The notes under the pieces are model-generated. The model was not told the DNA's origin. It searched no databases and saw only the letters and a list, made by a program, of their open reading frames with translations. Position numbers and translations under genes: made by a program. A stretch of 62,743 bases of DNA, the filler included, from Aduncisulcus paluster (lineage: Eukaryota): the NCBI GenBank assembly GCA_024181965.1. It is 8 parts of 8 records of this genome, joined end to end, with 100 filler letters (N's around TTAATTAATTAA, not from the genome) between each part and the next. Parts side by side here need not be neighbours in the genome. Positions count along the whole stretch, not along the records: positions 1 to 20,032 come from BQXS01012334.1; 7 more parts are not named here. The stretch is one strand, 5' to 3'. Below are positions 1 to 13,661 of this stretch, piece by piece. The first letter of the stretch is position 1. The number at the start of each line of letters is the position of its first letter.

Positions 1-11
1 TTGTCAAACAA

Positions 12-1667
12 TTGGCCGAGATGCCTGCAGATACAAGGGAGAAGTTTTTGACGATTTTATTCGAGCATCTGAAATGGAAGCTTGGTGAGATATGCGAGTC
101 GCTGACAGTTTCTTCGGTGGTCACAGGTGAACTCTTGGATGATCTTGTATCCGGTCTCTCCCTTCTTTCACGGATTGTGAGTCAAGAAGTGACGATCCGA
201 CCAGAGACTTTTGCTGACAATATCTTTGATACATTTTACTCCATGCTATATGGGAAATTGTGGAAATCTTTCGAAAGTCGAGGATGGATGCTTTTGGTTG
301 ACAGTGGCAGAGAAAAGGGGAAAGAAAAGGAAAAAGAGGAAGAAGAGGAGGAAAAGGAGGAAGAAAAGGAAGAAGAGGAAGAAAAGGAGGAAGGTAAACA
401 ACCCTCAATTTCATTGGTAATCCTTGCTCTCGTAAAGTGTATGTACAAGATCATGTTCGTGGGATGTAAACTTTTGTCACCTGCACAGATCATTGGGATG
501 GTTCAAGACATTCCCATATCTGTCATGTCCTCATTTATGGCAAAGACAATCGCATCTGATGATTGTGTTGTTGAGACCATTCTAACTGCCAAAAGTATTA
601 TTCAGGTCGTGACTGCTCTGTTGGATTGTGAATGTATCAAATCCAACATGGATCATGTTCAAACGCTGATTAGATTTGTGTGTAACAAAGAATTCGCTTC
701 CCTTTTTGAACCATATTTTCTCCACCCAACACATCCAGTGCGACATCCAACTTATGCCATTCTTATGTCTGGGTACTATGGTTTGATGTGTAAGATTGTT
801 GACATTATATTACCTGAATTCAATGCCCCTCCAACAGATACAGACCTTGCTGTCCAACAATCCAAGTCCATTCATAATCTCGCGTTAACAATGCTTTCTC
901 CATGTGTTCTCACTATCTTTGACATGTTTATTGCTACGACCACCGACACTTCTGGAGGATATCATACACTCGATGAGAACTTTATAAAGTGGGCACACTG
1001 TGTGTCTCATGTGAGTAATTTCTTCAAGGATGACCTCGCGAAGGTCACATCGCTGTATCTGAAGATATCACCCTTTTTGGGGGAGTTTATGAATGAACTT
1101 AATCCTAGAGACACGATCAATGGATACACTGGCGATAAGTTGCAATTGATTAGTTCCTTGATCGATTCATATTCCTCATTCCCTCAGTTTCTCCCCCATT
1201 TAATTCATAACTTTGACGATATCATTGTGGACCTCCGTCGTTCTTCAACCAGTGGTGGTGGTATTGAGTATTTTAAGGAGTATTCAAAGAATGCAATGTC
1301 TTTGATTGCCTTCTCACGACTCCATGACAGCACAAGGTTCATATCTCCGATCCTCTTCCTTCCTCATCACATCCAATATGACTCCCTGCTCATGGATCGG
1401 AGGAATCAATATTGTTACAAGCTGGATGCATACTGTTTCCAACATGACTCGAGTGAAACTTGGTTGAACATTTGCACTGGGAAGTATGTGAGTGTGGCTA
1501 AAAGCTTTGTACAGTTTCAACCTGCAATGTCCATGTCTGTGTTCAAGCCAAAACCTCCCGTGACTTTGGAGATAGCTTCTGACAAGTGTCGCAGAGATCT
1601 CTTTCCTGACATGTATACAGCAATTGAACTGACAGGCGGATATGTTGAATTAATGTTTGAAGAATGA
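12..1667 (+). CDS. Hypothetical protein (probably helical), likely 5'-partial
   Basis: 551-aa ORF whose frame is open back to the window start; Glu/Lys-rich insert; no recognised motif. Confidence 0.75.
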   Translation: MAEMPADTREKFLTILFEHLKWKLGEICESLTVSSVVTGELLDDLVSGLSLLSRIVSQEVTIRPETFADNIFDTFYSMLYGKLWKSFESRGWMLLVDSGREKGKEKEKEEEEEEKEEEKEEEEEKEEGKQPSISLVILALVKCMYKIMFVGCKLLSPAQIIGMVQDIPISVMSSFMAKTIASDDCVVETILTAKSIIQVVTALLDCECIKSNMDHVQTLIRFVCNKEFASLFEPYFLHPTHPVRHPTYAILMSGYYGLMCKIVDIILPEFNAPPTDTDLAVQQSKSIHNLALTMLSPCVLTIFDMFIATTTDTSGGYHTLDENFIKWAHCVSHVSNFFKDDLAKVTSLYLKISPFLGEFMNELNPRDTINGYTGDKLQLISSLIDSYSSFPQFLPHLIHNFDDIIVDLRRSSTSGGGIEYFKEYSKNAMSLIAFSRLHDSTRFISPILFLPHHIQYDSLLMDRRNQYCYKLDAYCFQHDSSETWLNICTGKYVSVAKSFVQFQPAMSMSVFKPKPPVTLEIASDKCRRDLFPDMYTAIELTGGYVELMFEE

Positions 1668-1846
1668 GTGGGAAATGCCACGAAAAATAAGGAATGCCGC
1701 AAAACATGTTGTGATATCAATGGGGGATATTATCATGGAGATATAGGATTCATGTATTATTTTATTGTACACTAAGTTCTCAATTCTCAGAACATTCTCA
1801 TTATTATTATTTTGTTTAACTTATTGGATGATGTTTATTTTTTGAA

Positions 1847-1955
1847 TAGCATCTTCATCCATGAAAGGTGCTTATATATGTCTAGATCACAATTCTATAT
1901 TATCTTTTCTTCACTTTTACTTCTTTCAAGAAAATTTCTTGAAGAAATCATGTGT
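1847..1955 (+). pseudogene. Degenerate relic of the ~180-aa repeat domain
   Basis: 1861-1890 encodes MKGAYICLDH; another frame then gives YLFFTFTSFKKIS*. Both match the core motifs (MKGAYIC...LxFTFT...KxSKKY) of the intact copies at 34606-35892. Confidence 0.6.
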
Positions 1956-2127
1956 AAATTTTACATGGTAAATATCTGCGAGCGGCAGGCTGCCAGCTGC
2001 AAATTCTAATCTGAAGAAACCAAAAAAAGTGTTTAAAATAGATTAAATAAACAAGAAAAACGTTTTTCATGAAAATGCAACCATTCAAAGTTTGGCATTT
2101 GATTTCAGATCAACCAACAATTTTGAT

Positions 2128-5100
2128 CTATAAATCCAACAAATGGAACAAATATTCAAGTGAAATCGCGTCATCAATTTGCATAAAGCCACATCTCATA
2201 CATAATTCAAGTACCTTTTCGATGTTTCCAACTACTCCATAGCAAAGACCAGCCATAAACATATCATTCTCTTTTTCAAGGGATATTCCAATTGTTTCAA
2301 GGCATTTAAATGATGTTTTTGTGTTAGCTATGCCAAGAACAAGAGAAAATAGACACAATTCAATTGCAATGTTTCTTTGTCCCATCTTGCACAGCTCAAT
2401 GCAAGCTTGAGGTACTTGACCATGTGTTACAAGGAGGTCAACAGCAAGTCGCCTTCCACAATATAAAGGAGAACCAACAGAGACATCATCTTCTTTCTCA
2501 GATCCCAAAATAGAACTCTTCTCAGAACATACATATTCATCGATTGAACACAACGTCTGGCATGCCTTCAAAAGCAATCCAGAGGCAGAGTGCCCAGATT
2601 CACTTGGCTCTTCTTTTTCATGGGAGGATATTTCCTCCAATAATTCAGATTCAATTAATCTATGTTGGGAATCCACATAAGGAATTGTATCCGATGTGTG
2701 CAGTGATACTTGCGGTGATTTTGAAGCAAAAATCTCAGTGGAACTAACGTCTTTAGTGATTTGGGCATGGTGAATCCTCTCTTCTCTTTCGAGAAAAGAT
2801 GAGGCAGTGAGGAGACTCATCGCGAGAGAGAGTTTTTCTGCAATCATAATCTGTGAAATCCCATGCTCTGATCCACAAGACATGAGAATGGAGGAGAAAG
2901 ACATTGCATTTGCACCAGAAATAGCATGTAATGGGAAAATACGAGATGAGAATCGGGTAGATTCGAAAAGGGCAGCGTATTTGTTGTGAAACAGGAATAA
3001 CAGTGAAGAAAATGGATTTCTTAAGACCCTAGCAAGTTGATTTTTCTGGAAAGCATATTCATTTTCATCCAATAATTCCATTCTGGCCTCTTCTTCAACT
3101 TGAACACGACGTTTTTCCTTCATTTTGTGGAGAGAAATATTGTTTTGGTATTGTACAAGAACAGAAAGCGGAGAAGACATAAATAGTGGAGAAATTGAAG
3201 ACATTTGAATCAAAAATTCAATTAATATAACACGGAATGACTCAAGAGACTCGCCATCAATTCCTTCGACTTTGCCCTCAATAATGCCAATATCAGTACT
3301 TTTGCGATATGATATAATGAGATCTTTGTATTTTCTAAACAAAAGCCATGAAGACAGCGTGCTACACATCATACCGACAGTTGGGAATGAGTGATATAAG
3401 TTCATAATAATATTTTGAAGATGTTTGAGGATTTTAGAGTTCGAATAAGGAAGGTCTTCAAAGGAAACTCTAATGGAAGAAGAGGAGGAAGAAGGAATGT
3501 CCTCAATCAACTTTTGTCTTGGTAAAAGGTCAGATAGTTCCTCCATCTCTTCAGGAATGCAAAGAGAGAGTTCTCCACATATGCCCACACTCAGTGGCCT
3601 TGCCCAATCACCTCCATTGATCCGCAGGACCTTTCTAGCTCCATGTGTATGCCCTCCAGTTGGAAGAGACAACCCAACGGAGGTAAAGAGATGGTGAGAA
3701 GACCAGGATAATGAAGGCAAGGGGAAATATGATTTAGATAAGACAAGATCAGTCATTGGTTGAATGCCTTGAGCTTGGGAGGATGATGAATGAGTAAGTC
3801 GAAGGAGAAGCACTCTCGAGTTGGAGAGTAGGATAAGGAAAGAGGAAGTGGGAAGTCTTGGAGCTGCCCGCATGACAGGTGCAGGTGCTGTAGCTATTGA
3901 CTGTTTAGAGACTATATTTGGAGATAGGGAGAAAGAAGAGGGCGATGATTTAAGTTGTTTGGGCTTACTACCTTTGGAATCGTCGGAACTCTCCACTTTA
4001 TCTTCAATGATAGGAGAATCTTCATCCTCAACGCTGATATTTGGGCATACGACCTCACAAATTCCAACGATAGTTACTCCAACACCTGTTCCCATTCCTT
4101 TCTTATCTTTCTTTGAAGTTTCATCATCAATACCATCTCCATTCCATATATTTGTAACCTTTCGTGTCACAGTGTCCACATAAAGCACACCTTCCCATGG
4201 TTCTGAGCTTGAATGACCGCTTGAAGAGTGTGAAGAGGCATGACCATGCGGACTATCTTTGCCTCCAACAGAGATACAGAGAACATCACCTATCCAAGAA
4301 GCTCGTTCACACACAACACAGGCAGCAGCGATACAAGAAGACGCAGATAGTAGGGTCGGAGATGAGAATGGAGAAATAGAAGAGAGGCTTGCAAGTGCAT
4401 GAGTTTGGAAGGAAATAATTGAACGTAACCCAGAAGAAGACAGCAACGAAGAAGAAAATAGAGAAGAAGCAAAAGAATTCGTTGAAGCTGCTGGAGAATA
4501 GGTCATCAGGGGGAATGATTTACATAGAGGTTTAGCAACAGCAACGCCTTTCATTGATGTATTTTCTACCGGAATTTTTGCAGTCTCTTCTGAGGAACTT
4601 GGAGAACTTGGAGAAAGTTGAGATTTCTGCTCAATGCTCTCACTCTTGGCATATTCTCCTGAAATTGGACTAGGACGTTCATGATGCTCGATGGACGGAG
4701 AGTGCTGTTTTTTGGAAGGAGAAGGTGAAAGTGAGGATAATGATGTAGTACGTGAGAGAGAAGAAGAAGAAGTAACCAAGGAAGAAGTAGAAGAGAATGA
4801 TTTCAATGACATGCGAGAATGAAGTGATTTTTTGGAACCGTCAGAGTGGTCTTCAAGCTTACGAACACTCTTGCTGCGCCAGTAAGCCGCTTCATTTCTA
4901 TAGTATGACAAAGAATATAGATGGACATTTCCACGATATACTACAAAGAAACACACGTTATTCTCTTCTCCCACAATCTTCTTGCATTGTTGCCAATTCT
5001 TTTCCTTCTCTATCCGTTTCATTTTACCTTGTTTTGACCGAGTAATCCTTACTAATGGGGAAGGATAAAATACATGTTGCTGTTGCCATCCCACATTCAT

Positions 5101-8100
5101 AAAACAACTCATTTTCTCGCCAGAATGCTCTTCTTTCAGCTGCTCTTTCCTTGATGGATGTAAGGGGACCACAACAACTCGCATTGACGATGAGGGGGGA
5201 TATAATCCGGCAAAAGGATTCATTTCTTCAATAAGACATTCATCGTCAATAAGATCTTTGTCTTTATCGAACATTTGTCGTTTGCCCTCACGAATTGCCC
5301 GAGATAATCCACAGAATATCCAAGCAGATCCACACACCGTTGACATGGTTAAGTGATTGCAATGAGGCGATAAAGAATGGCTCACGACAGAGAACGGAGG
5401 AGGAGAGGATGAGGCATAAGGAAGTGGGGTCAGAGCTCCCGTTGAGTGACTTAACAGAAGAGGAGAATGGATGAGTCCAGGACCAGACACGATAACGATA
5501 TCATCAGTGAGGAAATCAATGCATGTGATGGGAGGAAGTTTGGAATAAACAAGAAGATCATTATCGGTGAAAGAGGTCGATTGATGTCCGGATTTGTGAA
5601 CGTCTTGATCAAGAACAGAAGACAATACTTTACGCTGAATAGATAAGTTCCACCGACGAAGAAGTCTAATCTCCCCAAAGCTGTCACTCTTCCAAACCTC
5701 AACTGTGCCATCAATCCTGCAACAAGCTATGAGAGGAGCCAACAAAGCATATGAACTATTAGCATTGTTGTTATTATTGCCATCATTGGATCTACTTTTT
5801 AGGGAGTGAGTTTTCTGTTCACACACATCAATTCGACTAGATGATTCAACTTGAGAAATTTGGTCAGGTTCTTCGTCCGTCCCAGTTTTGTCAAGCTTAA
5901 TATCCTTAATATCTGACTCTATACCTTGTCTGATATCAGATTCTTTCTTGTCTTTTCTAATATCTTTGCTATTCGGTGTTTGTCTATCTTGAGCAATGGA
6001 GAATAAGGCTGGGCATTTTGATCCACAGATTATTGGAGCACCTCCACACGAACATGATCCAATTATATCAAGAGAGATACAAGAAAAAGGAGAACAATAC
6101 AGCTTGAGCAAAGAAGAGGATAAATGTAACATTCCAACAACATCAGAGTTTCTGGGTTTTAAAATAGACAAATCTCGAGATAATTGGATAACAATTTTCC
6201 CCATACACCCACTTTCAGTCAGAGTAAGAAGAGAATATGATGTTAAATTCATAGATTCTTTGCTTTCTTTCTTCAATTCATCAACATTACTTTCCTTGGC
6301 CAAACAGAGTTTGATACCACCAGACTCACCAAAAGACCCCATAAATGATGAAAAGGGAATATAAGACAGATTATAAAGCGAATAACTATTCGGATTTCTT
6401 GAACCAGCCATTCCCATTCGTGTTTCCCCACACCCTACATGGAGATCGATTTCTTGTTTGTCTTCTTCATCCATTCCATCTTCATCCTCGATGTAGTCAC
6501 GATTTTCTTGAAGGAATGAGGAAACTATTCTACTTCTTCTCTTTCTTGGTTGCTTCTTCCCAATACAAGCCTTGTCAGGTTCGCAAGGAACAAGATGAAG
6601 AATCCTAACACCTGGTTCTTTCTCAAATATCACAGCAATGAGGCAAGAAGGAAGAGGAGATGATATGGGAATGACAGAAACACTGACAATGGACGATGGG
6701 AGACTATCCATGAAGAAAACACTATTTAAATCCTTTGTGGATGTTTTGCTTGCATATTTGGATGAAGCAAGTGTTGTATTAGTTTCTGTGACTAGCTTAT
6801 ATCTCAAGGAAGAGGTGGAATATGGTGAAGAAAGGGAAGTAACAGAGATAGAACCAGAGGTGACACACAATACAGGGTGTGCAAATGGTGCAAAGGAGTT
6901 TGAAGAATGAAACATATTTGTACCAACATTAGAGAAGAGAGGAAGACAGAGCAAGAAGTTGGAAGGGAGAGGAGGAGGAAGAGAGGACGATTGATGTATT
7001 TTGGCAATCATTTCCTTCTCATATTCATTCGACACATCGACAAANNNNNNNNNNNNNNNNNNNNTTCTGTGACTAGCTTATATCTCAAGGAAGAGGTGGA
7101 ATATGGTGAAGAAAGGGAAGTAACAGAGATAGAACCAGAGGTGACACAAAATACAGGGTGTGCAAATGGTGCAAAGGAGTTTGAAGAATGAAACATATTT
7201 GTACCAACATTAGAGAAGAGAGGAAGACAGAGCAAGAAGTTGGAAGGGAGAGGAGGAGGAAGAGAGGACGATTGATGTATTTTGGCAATCATTTCCTTCT
7301 CATATTCATTCGACACATCGACAAAAGGCGTGAAGAAGAAAGGGTGTCCTGACACAGCCGTGCTTGCATGTGGAGCAGACATAGAGGATGACCTGCTTCT
7401 TGATGTAATGGTTCGCCGTCTGGTTGGACTAGAAAACCCAGACAGCGAATCATCGAGGGTTTCGTCAGCCCTTTGTTTTCTCCATATTCCTTCCATGGCT
7501 CCAAAACCTTCCTCCCAAGCACAATGTTTCACCGATACAGTGCAACCAAGCCCTACTTTTTCGCTCGATGGCCCCTTTCTCTTATCAACAGTGACATCCC
7601 AAGAAGAACCACAGACATCACAGAACCATTGAAGGGGATCTGGTTCAGGTATTTTGGGTCTTGCACTCCGTCTCATGCCCATACATTCGACATAACTCTG
7701 TCGTTTATGCATATATTTAAGAATTTGATTGGATACATGAGTCAAAGAAGAGTGAATAATGGAGCCATCACTCAGGGAGATATATAAGGCCGTTGAGGAC
7801 AAGAATGCCGTTGTTATATGTAACGACGAGGAAGAAGTGGAGGAAATATTGAGGAAAGGAAGCGTGAATGCACACACAGGGATGACATGAAGTTTATGAG
7901 CCAGAGAAGATGCAAACTTGGAGAAAGAAGGAGAATGTTTTGAACCTCTAATGTTGAGGACATGAAGATTCTTAAGGTATAAAGCGATTTGCATATTCTT
8001 CTCTTGGAGTTTGTTGAAAGGAACGTGGGGATCGCCAAATGCACGAAACACCAGAGAATTCCGCCTTCTAGAAATCGACAAGACCATCGGAACACCTTGA

Positions 8101-8651
8101 AATAACATGGAAAGAGGAGAAGCTGGAGGAATTGGAATAATTTCGCGTAGTTCACCCTCTTGAGAGGCATGATAAGTGGCGTGATCCAAATGTAAATTCT
8201 GGGGGTGTTTTATATATTGAATATCAAGAGAACGGTTACAAGACCACTGAATTATTGGTTTTTTGGTGTTCAAATTCCAAATAACAACATGTCCAGCAGT
8301 ATCACATGACATTAGGTATAATTCAGAGTTGGCCGATGTTAAACTATCAATATCAATTGGAGTAAGGGATTTTGGCACATCTTTCAATTCAGAGGATGAA
8401 TATTTTAAGTTTTTGGAGAGAATTTCCCGAACATGATGGGGGTTGTTATTCTTGAAAGGTAATTCAAGAAACCGACAGAAACTAATAGGATTTGAAAATT
8501 TCCCTGGTAAAACAACAAAACTCGATGACGAGAAACTCTTTTTGGTTGCAATAACGATGTTGTTGGCCTGTCCAAATGCAAAAAGGCCATGTCGTGATGA
8601 TACAAGACTTTTTGCATTTTCTGGTAGTGCTAATGAAGGTATTGATATCAT
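2128..8651 (-). CDS. WDR11: WDR11-like WD40 protein, one gene split by an assembly gap (~2080 aa when merged)
   Basis: N-terminal ENAKSLVSSRHGLFAFGQANNIVIA and LYLMSCDTAGHVVIWNL resemble the WDR11 N-terminus; C-terminal ACQTLCSID...LVTHGQ resembles its helical tail. ORFs 2128-7035 and 7008-8660 join in frame once the 261-bp overlap and 20 N are removed. ATG at 8651. Confidence 0.65.
6784..7325. repeat. 261-bp direct duplication flanking a 20-N gap (unmerged contig overlap)
   Basis: 6784-7044 equals 7065-7325 except one visible substitution (acacaa vs acaaaa). Confidence 0.9.
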
Positions 8652-8828
8652 CAAAACCAATTATTTAATAATACAAAACAATTGATGAACGGTACTCGAA
8701 CAAAAAGGGGTTGGCAATAAAAAACACATAAGATAACCCAAAATGAGGTTGAAACTGCTATTTATTATAATTATTTATGTATTTAAAATATAATTTAAAA
8801 TATAGAACTCTGATTTCCTCCCAGAAAG

Positions 8829-10415
8829 CTACTCCAGGTCATCAAATTCTTGAAAGATTGGATCTCCCCTAACGGCGACATAATCAGTTTCATTATTTAG
8901 CGAAGGATCATTTATCACGTGTCTTATCCCCATTTTAAGCATTTTTGAAAATCTTTTATCCTTTTGCCACTCATATTGTAGAAAAGTATGTGTTGAAAGA
9001 AGCAATCCTTCTGCCATCTGATGTGGAATCACATCATAGCCTCGTTTCTCAAGCAATTCAGGACACGGTTCATTCACATCAAGCGCTTTCATCTCGCCAG
9101 CCACGGATCCAGGAGACCCTGAACGATGTCCTTCTTCTGGTTGCTCTCCTTCTTCCTCCTCTTTCTTCTTTGGTTTCTTTTTTGATGATGTGGAAGGGAT
9201 AAGTTCATATCCATCAGCATTCTCCCTGTATTTATATAACATTTTCTGCACCAAATTAAGCCTGTCACGCCATCCACCTTCTCGCAGACCATCCTCCAAA
9301 CAAACATCAATTTTATCCCAGTATTCCTCTGTTAACACGCATGTAGTCCTTGGAAGGAGAGTAACAGACGCCGATGATTGTGAAGCTCCATGGAAGCGAG
9401 GGTAAGAATGGACGTTTCGATATGTTTCCTGAGGGTGAGAGAGATGAGAGGAAGTTTTCTTCTCAGACTGTGATATTTTCTTCCGGCTTTCGAGGAAGGA
9501 ACCCCGGGACATATGGAAGATAGGCATGGATTTTGATGATCCCGATGAATGGGGATTTGCTGCTCCTGGTTGGTTCGGCTGGTGGTCGGCCACAACAGTC
9601 ACTGGCTTAGGTTGCTGAGACACAACAGGAGTGGGTAATGGAACCGATGTTTTTGTAATATCAGATTTAGACGATGACATTGTTGATTCAGTCGTAGGGA
9701 TGGAAGGAAGGAGTGGAATTGATGGAGGCATTGAATATTGGGTAGGTTGCTTAGTATTTGATATATTGGAAGTATTTTTAGAGGAGTAATCTCCATCATC
9801 TTTATATTCTCTAAAAATGGTTGTCCGTCTACTCGAGAACGGTACATTGGGTCTCAAGGGTATCGATGGCAAATTATCACCTGGAGGCTTTAATTTGGCA
9901 CTTGAATATTGTGAGTGGAAACTTTCAGAAGATTTAGTATCATGGAAATGAGTTGTTCTGATGGGTGATTTGGTGGGCGCCAATGTAGGCTCAACTGATG
10001 AAATTGAAAGAACGGCCTGAGGAGAATGATTCATGTCCTTGGAAGTTTCTCCATCACTCAAAACAAGAATATCTTCTTCCTCTTCAACTTCAGGAACAAC
10101 AATGGTATGCTGTGTAGATTGATGATATTGACCCTTTGGATGATGCATGTGATCTGGTTTTGTTAAGTTAGAGAGTGGGGAATCCAAAGGGGGGAGTTTA
10201 AAAAGTGTTGTGGGAAGTGATCTCCCTTGAAACAATGAGTCCTTTTCAATTGTTGTAGGGGTATCCATAAAAGTAGACAGCATTTTTTGTGGCGTGGGGT
10301 TTATCAAAGGTGATTTTGTTGAAGGCCTTTTGCCTTTTGCGGGTATTTCTTCTCCATCATCAGGAATATCAAATATAGCTCCTGCTTGAGGGAATAACGA
10401 TTTTTCTCTGTCCAT
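8829..10415 (-). CDS. Hypothetical S/P/T-rich protein with a small ordered C-terminal region
   Basis: 528-aa ATG-initiated ORF, mostly low complexity. Confidence 0.75.
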   Translation of the reverse strand: MDREKSLFPQAGAIFDIPDDGEEIPAKGKRPSTKSPLINPTPQKMLSTFMDTPTTIEKDSLFQGRSLPTTLFKLPPLDSPLSNLTKPDHMHHPKGQYHQSTQHTIVVPEVEEEEDILVLSDGETSKDMNHSPQAVLSISSVEPTLAPTKSPIRTTHFHDTKSSESFHSQYSSAKLKPPGDNLPSIPLRPNVPFSSRRTTIFREYKDDGDYSSKNTSNISNTKQPTQYSMPPSIPLLPSIPTTESTMSSSKSDITKTSVPLPTPVVSQQPKPVTVVADHQPNQPGAANPHSSGSSKSMPIFHMSRGSFLESRKKISQSEKKTSSHLSHPQETYRNVHSYPRFHGASQSSASVTLLPRTTCVLTEEYWDKIDVCLEDGLREGGWRDRLNLVQKMLYKYRENADGYELIPSTSSKKKPKKKEEEEGEQPEEGHRSGSPGSVAGEMKALDVNEPCPELLEKRGYDVIPHQMAEGLLLSTHTFLQYEWQKDKRFSKMLKMGIRHVINDPSLNNETDYVAVRGDPIFQEFDDLE

Positions 10416-10658
10416 AAATATTGTGATTTATATAATAGCTAAATTTTTATCACTTAGGATTGCCACAAAATAACGATTGTAATTCTCTATCCTTTTCTAT
10501 TTTTAATATCAAGGAAATAATAAATGTTTAAGATAATATAATGAACTTAAAATTGAATAATACAGAATTATTTAACGAAAAAAGATCATATAAATACCCA
10601 GCACCGATATTGATTTTTTGGTCCAAACAAAAAGTGTAGTACACTATAATAACTAAAT

Positions 10659-13600
10659 ATGGGTATGTTTGTGTCGTTTATTTATATTATTATTGATTTA
10701 CATTCTATCTAACGGATGAATCTTCACATAGGTTATTTCATGACTCCAGCAATTCCGAGTCATGTAAACACACCAGAAAAAAGAGAAAAGTTCATGGATA
10801 TCATAAAAAACTGTATGGCCCGTGAAGGAAAACCTTTTACTCGTCTTCCCATCGTTGGAGGGAAACCCCTTTCATTGTTTGATCTTTTCCTTCATATTGA
10901 TATGCGTGGTGGCCTTGAATATGTATATTCAAAAAAACTATTGCGTCAAGTTGGGAGATCACTTGATTTACCCTCTACAGTTACATCTGTTGGATATTTA
11001 CTGCGAACAAAGTATCAGCAATTCATTTCCCCATATATTAAAGAAATACGAAGTGAAATATGGCCCGATAGTCCTGCACTTGATAATCTTCCCGTCTCTA
11101 CTGAAAAATACGTTCCAGCCAGTTCAAGCAAGAGTTATCATAGTCCTCAATCTTGTAGTTCGGTAACCTCCCAAGAAAGTCATCAAAAACGTCCCTCATT
11201 CGTCTCTTCCTTCCATGATTTGTCAGATGGATCATCAGCCTCCTCCCTTGATCCTCCAGATGTTCCTGGAAGACCCACCAGATCTCTGTCTCTTATTGAT
11301 AATCCATTGGGCGATGGAATCATATCCTCTTCCTCGACATTTCCAGGTGTAACAACGGGAAACATTTCTTCTTCTGATTGTATTGGCTATGGGTTACCTT
11401 CTGCTCAGCAACAAGTGAATTGGGACCCATCTGTACGTCAGGGTCCTTCTCACATCTCTTGGGGCTATGAACCAACTTCTATGCCCTCAAATCCAACTTC
11501 TCAACCATCATTCCCTTCTTTCTCTCACCCAGAGTTTGATCCTTCAATGGTTCCTTTCGGCTCTGATGTTATCGGAGGTGAGATAATTGGTAAACGTCGC
11601 ACTTTGGATGGCAGTCTTCAATCCAACATTCTGTCGTCCAGTGTTGCTACGATGGGCCATCAAGGTGTATCGGCTGAACCATCGTATCAGCAAGGTCCCA
11701 GCACATCCTCTTCTTCTTCTTCCTTTATTCCAAAACCTCCGGCATCAAAAGAAAGAGAAAGGGAGGCTAATCTAGATCAATATGTTCCTCCATCACCTGA
11801 TCTTACTGATTTTCTGATGAAACAGATGTTTGGTCTCCTCGAGGGAAGAGAAAAGAAGAGAAAGAAGATCGTTAAACGTTCTCGTTCAGATATATGCCAA
11901 AGAATTCCTGCAAATATGAGTCGGCATGGTTTAACTTCCACATCTTCTTCTTCTACTCTGAATGATGGAAAGATCCATAATGTAATAGCCTCAAGTTCTC
12001 CTTCTTACGCCCTATCGGATCCATTCTCATCCTCCTCCAAGAGCGAAGAGGACGAGGAATATGGAGATTCATACGTATCTTCATCCTTAAAACCTCCATT
12101 TGACCCCTCTCCCGTGTTGACCCAAGTTCCAAAACACCTCGTTGCCTCTTTCATGTCTCGTTATCCGAATTCGTCAATATGTTTACCGATGTCCTTCTTT
12201 TTTACTCATTCCGGGATCAGATTCCCTTCCAATCTGACCCATCTCATTGTGTGTGAAGAATCAGAATGTAGTGACGAGAGTTCCACTTCGTTGGATGCCT
12301 CTTCAACTTTGTCTACAAGCTGTCCCGAGGAAAGTAGCAGTTGTAAAATTCAACCTGACGGTGCAACGGTTACAGCAACTTCGATTTCTACACAGACGAT
12401 AATCAGTTTTAAGAGCAAACCAACCTCACTTGGAAACAAAGGTGATGATGAAGCTGAACAAGGGAAGAAAAAGAAATCAGAGAAATGTTTAATGCCTCGA
12501 AAATCTTCATATAATAGAGATTTTGTTGTGTTTTTTAATCAGTTTTTCCACCAATGTTGCATATCATTTTCCAACCTTCGGAAACTCACTGTTGCTATCC
12601 CTCTCCAATGTGATATTGATGGCATTAGTGGATTCTTGCATCAGTATTTGGATGGTCTCGTATGTCTTGAGCTGTGGAATGTGTGTAATTTGTATGATCC
12701 TATTGATGATTCCCTTCGATGTGGTAGTCGGGAGATTGTCAAACCTCCTGACTCATTGCGCGTTGTCATATGTCATGATTGTCCCCCTTTGAGTGTTATT
12801 TTCAAGATGAAAGTGTCTCTCCCTCCTTCCTTGGAGGAAGTTTCTCTCGATTTTAAAGATGATCCCACTCTTCCAAAGCCTTTTGATGCTGACACTCATA
12901 CCTCTTCTTCTTCTTCCTCTTCTTCCTCTTCTTCTTCCTCTTCTTCCTCTTCCTCTTCTTCTTCTTCTTATTCTTATTCTTCTTCTTCTGAATATCCACC
13001 TCGGACAGCTGAGGATGAAGAGTTCAAAAGATGGTTTATGACCTTACCAGGGGCGGAAGAACAATCAATTCTGGACTCACACTACCCATCTTACCCTGAG
13101 AAACTACCAGGACCAGGAAAAAGTTCTTCATTGCTCCCTTCAATGAAATCAACAGAAGAAGAAGATATTGACAACTATTTCTCACGTCATCTAATGAAAT
13201 TATTACAAATATGTGGACCTACACTCTCAGATTCTACAAGTGGCAGTGAAGGAAAGAGGGGTGGAAGAATGGACTCACTTTCTCAAAAGTCAAGCATTGA
13301 ATCTCCAAATAGTCCTCGCACTGAAATACTTTCTCAGTTTCGGTCTGGTTTGAGGTTTGTTAAGAAATTAACTTTGAAAAATGCTCCAATCATTGATCTT
13401 TACATATTATCTCTGTTTTGTCCCAATGTTGAACATTTGTATATTTCTGATAGCTATTTTACTGTGTTTTCTCGTCGTTTTGGTGGAGATTTCCTGGAGC
13501 AACACAGTGAAGTTATGTTCTCAAAAATGAAGAGTTTGAAAATGAAACGGGTGCAAGGTCACATATTTCAGGGTTTATTTGTCAAAAATCCATTCTCTTT

Positions 13601-13661
13601 CGAATGTTCTGACTTCTCAGAATTGTTTCAAATCATTCAAAAGACAAAACACAAACTGTAA
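10659..13661 (+). CDS. ARID/BRIGHT-domain protein with LRR-like C-terminal region; exons 10659-10662 and 10732-13661
   Basis: ARID motif P-IVGGKPLSLFDLF...RGG...RQVGRSL...VGYLLRTKYQQFISPY; C-terminal VKKLTLKNAP...PNVEHLYI repeats; 69-nt GTATGT...CTAAC...TAG intron joins in frame. Confidence 0.85.

Noticed and set aside
6784..7325. Tandem duplication or two genes in the WDR11-like locus
   Set aside because: The duplication exactly flanks an N gap and collapsing it restores one frame; assembly overlap.
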